From: Promethearchaeota archaeon
GTDB lineage: Archaea > Asgardarchaeota > Lokiarchaeia > Sigyniarchaeales > SOKP01
Length of the DNA: 64,000 nucleotides
Assembly (NCBI GenBank): GCA_019057795.1
Contig: JAHLWS010000026.1
Coordinates: 1 to 64,000, forward strand
Direction: 5' to 3'
Shown here one piece after another: positions 61,633 to 64,000 of the stretch. The position numbers were made by a program, and so were the translations under genes. Each line of letters begins with the position of its first letter. Position 1 is the stretch's first letter. The notes beneath the pieces are model-generated. The model saw only the letters and a program-made list of their open reading frames with translations, had not been told where the DNA came from and did no database searches.

Positions 61633-62229
61633 CTCAATAATTAATCTGCTTAAAATTTGCTTCTTATTAAATAATAGACTATTTTTTTTTATACTTTTTG
61701 GGACTTTATAAATCTTGAGTTAGAAATCAGCAATTCAAAAATATAAATATAAAAAAAATATAAACAAAACAAACTCTTTTTTTAAATTATCTTATAACCA
61801 AATTTTTCAGTTTGGAAAAAGGAGTAAATCGGAAACCAAGATTTTCAAAATTATAAAAAGAGGAGATGTATTTATCTAATAACAGGGTTAAGGGTTGAGG
61901 TATTGAGTCTTCCGACTCTTAGGTATAAGAATATATTTTTTGATCATGGTTTCCAATTTTTTTTTATAGTTAGATATTGATCACTTAACTATATAAAGAT
62001 ATCTATCTTTTCACATGACAAAAGGGAAAATCGAAAATAGGTTAGTATAAGGCTATTAAAAGTCAATTTAAAAAGATACTGCGATTATATTACTAAAAAT
62101 GAGAGTTTTTGGAAATTTAGACGAGATTTAGGAAATTATTATAAGGAAGTTTATATTCTTTGTCTAATTTCTAAGAATAGCATAATTCCCATATTGGATT
62201 TCCATGTTGTAAGTAAGTTAAACAGGTAA

Positions 62230-63054
62230 CTACGAAATAATTTTCTTTTGAATTTTTTTAATAATTTTTCGACGAAAATCTATCTTTTTCTCATTAACCA
62301 ATTCAATTATAGCGTTATATATCATGTATTTTCCATATTTTTTTTTAAAAGACTTTAAAATTGCCTTTAACAATCTATTCTCGTCATACCGTGCTTTCTT
62401 ATTCTTCAGATAATAAAAATTTACAATTCTCTTTTTCAAGACATTTTTTAAATTCTTATCGTAGAACCGAGCGATCTTGTACCCTGAAAATTCCGTACAC
62501 AATATGTTCCAGCTAGGAATTCCTGTAAAATTTGAATCCCTAAAATAATAGCTATCGTATCGAGTTTTAAAAAACCCGCGTTTGTTTTTATTTAATGGTT
62601 TAGAAAAATGAAGTGCGAAAGGCATTCTAAGAGATGCCTTATTTTTACGAATGTTCAAATTAACGTAATAGACACGGCCCCCATACATTCGATGCAAGAA
62701 ATTTTCTGCTAAGCTAATTTTTATACATTTGGTATCAACGGGGTATTTTGGCGATGCAACACAGTTCCCTTCCCCATATAACACCCATAAAATGTAGATA
62801 CCTTGTTGATTATAATCCTTCGTTCTTTTGATAATTTCTTTTACAGTAATTTTAGAATTTTGAACTTCTACTACTACTTCTTTTCCTGTATCGAGTTTAA
62901 AATACACATCGGCAAAGCGATTCCCTAAATATTTTTCAAGGGATCTTTTTATTACCGACTTATCGTTTTCATAAATATATTTGTACAATAATAACTTGAT
63001 CGCTTTATGGAAATGAGATTCTGCTGGAGTGCTAATCAGTGAGATTTCCTTCAT
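62230..63054 (-). CDS. CoiA-like PD-(D/E)xK nuclease
   Basis: ES.FH...K, ADVY, VEVQNS, RT..Y...GIY.LW. Confidence 0.7.
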   Translation of the reverse strand: MKEISLISTPAESHFHKAIKLLLYKYIYENDKSVIKRSLEKYLGNRFADVYFKLDTGKEVVVEVQNSKITVKEIIKRTKDYNQQGIYILWVLYGEGNCVASPKYPVDTKCIKISLAENFLHRMYGGRVYYVNLNIRKNKASLRMPFALHFSKPLNKNKRGFFKTRYDSYYFRDSNFTGIPSWNILCTEFSGYKIARFYDKNLKNVLKKRIVNFYYLKNKKARYDENRLLKAILKSFKKKYGKYMIYNAIIELVNEKKIDFRRKIIKKIQKKIIS

Positions 63055-63204
63055 TTTGCCCTAAATAGCAAAAAGCAAGTTCTTTTCTTAAAAAGATTCT
63101 TAGACACTTAATATATCTAAACAGTATTATGAATTTTTGAATTTTTAGACCAAATTTGGGTGGTTACAAAATTCAGTGATGGGGTTTAATATAGTTAAAT
63201 ATAG

Positions 63205-63978
63205 TTAAAAAATGAAAATTAGAAAAAAACTTATTAAAAATGTTAAGATAGAATTAATAAAAAAATATGTTAAAATTTGAGTCTTCTGATTAATAGTTTC
63301 AGATAATAAGTTTTCAAGATTTTTAAAATTACCTTCTTTAATAGTAGTTTCTATATTTTTAAATTCTATCTCCAATTGAGTTTCTAATTTTGTTATGCCA
63401 ATTATATTATTTGAAGCCTGAACTGCTTCTTTAAGTAAATTTAATGCCTTTTCATATTTTCTTTTGTCTAATTCTTCACGAGCTTTGTTTCTAAAAGAAA
63501 CTGCTCTTTTTTTATTAATTAAATAACGATTAAACAGAAAATATAACCATAATATAAACATCATTTGAAGAATTGAAGAGAATATAAGTTCATTAAGAGT
63601 ATAAGAACTAGAAATCTTAAAATAAAAATAAAGCATATAAAAGAAAACCAATAACCAATACCAATTAATTTGCAATAAACCATCGTTTTTATTTGAAAAT
63701 TCGGATTTTACATAAATATAAGAGGTCCAATAAAGTAAAATACTAAATGATATTATAAAAATAAATAGATTTATGAAACTTAAACCAAAATAAATAAAAT
63801 TAAAAACCAGAATTAATAAATTTAGATCAGATTTTGTATTTTCTTTTTGAAATCCTCCTTTAACATAATATATAAAAAGAATTAAAAATTCTCCCGTCAA
63901 TAATGCAATGAATATGAAAAACAATATGAACTCCAATTGAACATTCAAAATAAAAATTTGGAACATGCTATAAATCAT
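63205..63978 (-). CDS. Integral membrane hypothetical protein
   Basis: Multiple hydrophobic helices plus one TPR-like helix pair. Confidence 0.55.
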   Translation of the reverse strand: MIYSMFQIFILNVQLEFILFFIFIALLTGEFLILFIYYVKGGFQKENTKSDLNLLILVFNFIYFGLSFINLFIFIISFSILLYWTSYIYVKSEFSNKNDGLLQINWYWLLVFFYMLYFYFKISSSYTLNELIFSSILQMMFILWLYFLFNRYLINKKRAVSFRNKAREELDKRKYEKALNLLKEAVQASNNIIGITKLETQLEIEFKNIETTIKEGNFKNLENLLSETINQKTQILTYFFINSILTFLISFFLIFIF

Positions 63979-64000
63979 ATAGGGAATTAATTATTTAAAC

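Noticed and set aside
2906-61711. Numerous 60-137 aa ORFs nested in or antisense to larger genes
   Set aside because: Shadow ORFs with no motifs, overlapping well-supported CDSs.
1-64000. Genome-wide stop codon reassignment (TGA, TAG or TAA)
   Set aside because: All three codons end conserved genes at expected positions (e.g. TGA 47846, TAG 18277, many TAA). Only UGAs with a SECIS are credible recoding.

Overview
AT-rich (~30% GC by eye) archaeal chromosomal window, most consistent with an Asgard archaeon (Lokiarchaeia). Evidence: eS30, NOG1 and GPN GTPases, methanofuran genes, Rab-like/longin-like/MIT-like proteins, and a Loki-type C-terminal sorting signal. The main signal is selenocysteine recoding that the ORF track misses. 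Two tandem selD genes carry in-frame UGA (G-U-x-C-K), each with a eukaryote-like SECIS directly after its stop codon. A third SECIS of the same design (54130-54182) follows an unannotated 65-codon ORF (53929-54126). That ORF encodes a single-pass membrane protein with an in-frame UGA in a GGG-U-L-C motif and is a candidate new SelK/SelS-like selenoprotein. All three SECIS share an extra 3' ACCC..GNRA hairpin. Also present: an intron-containing tRNA-Trp, a bacterial-type L-rhamnose catabolic cluster with an embedded aldehyde:ferredoxin oxidoreductase, a GPN GTPase that appears to start at ATT, a cluster of genes broken by single stops or frameshifts (38.7-43.3 kb), and a ferredoxin/hydrolase cluster opposite a stand-alone phospho-His swivel protein. 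All family calls come from motif recognition by eye; no searches were run.
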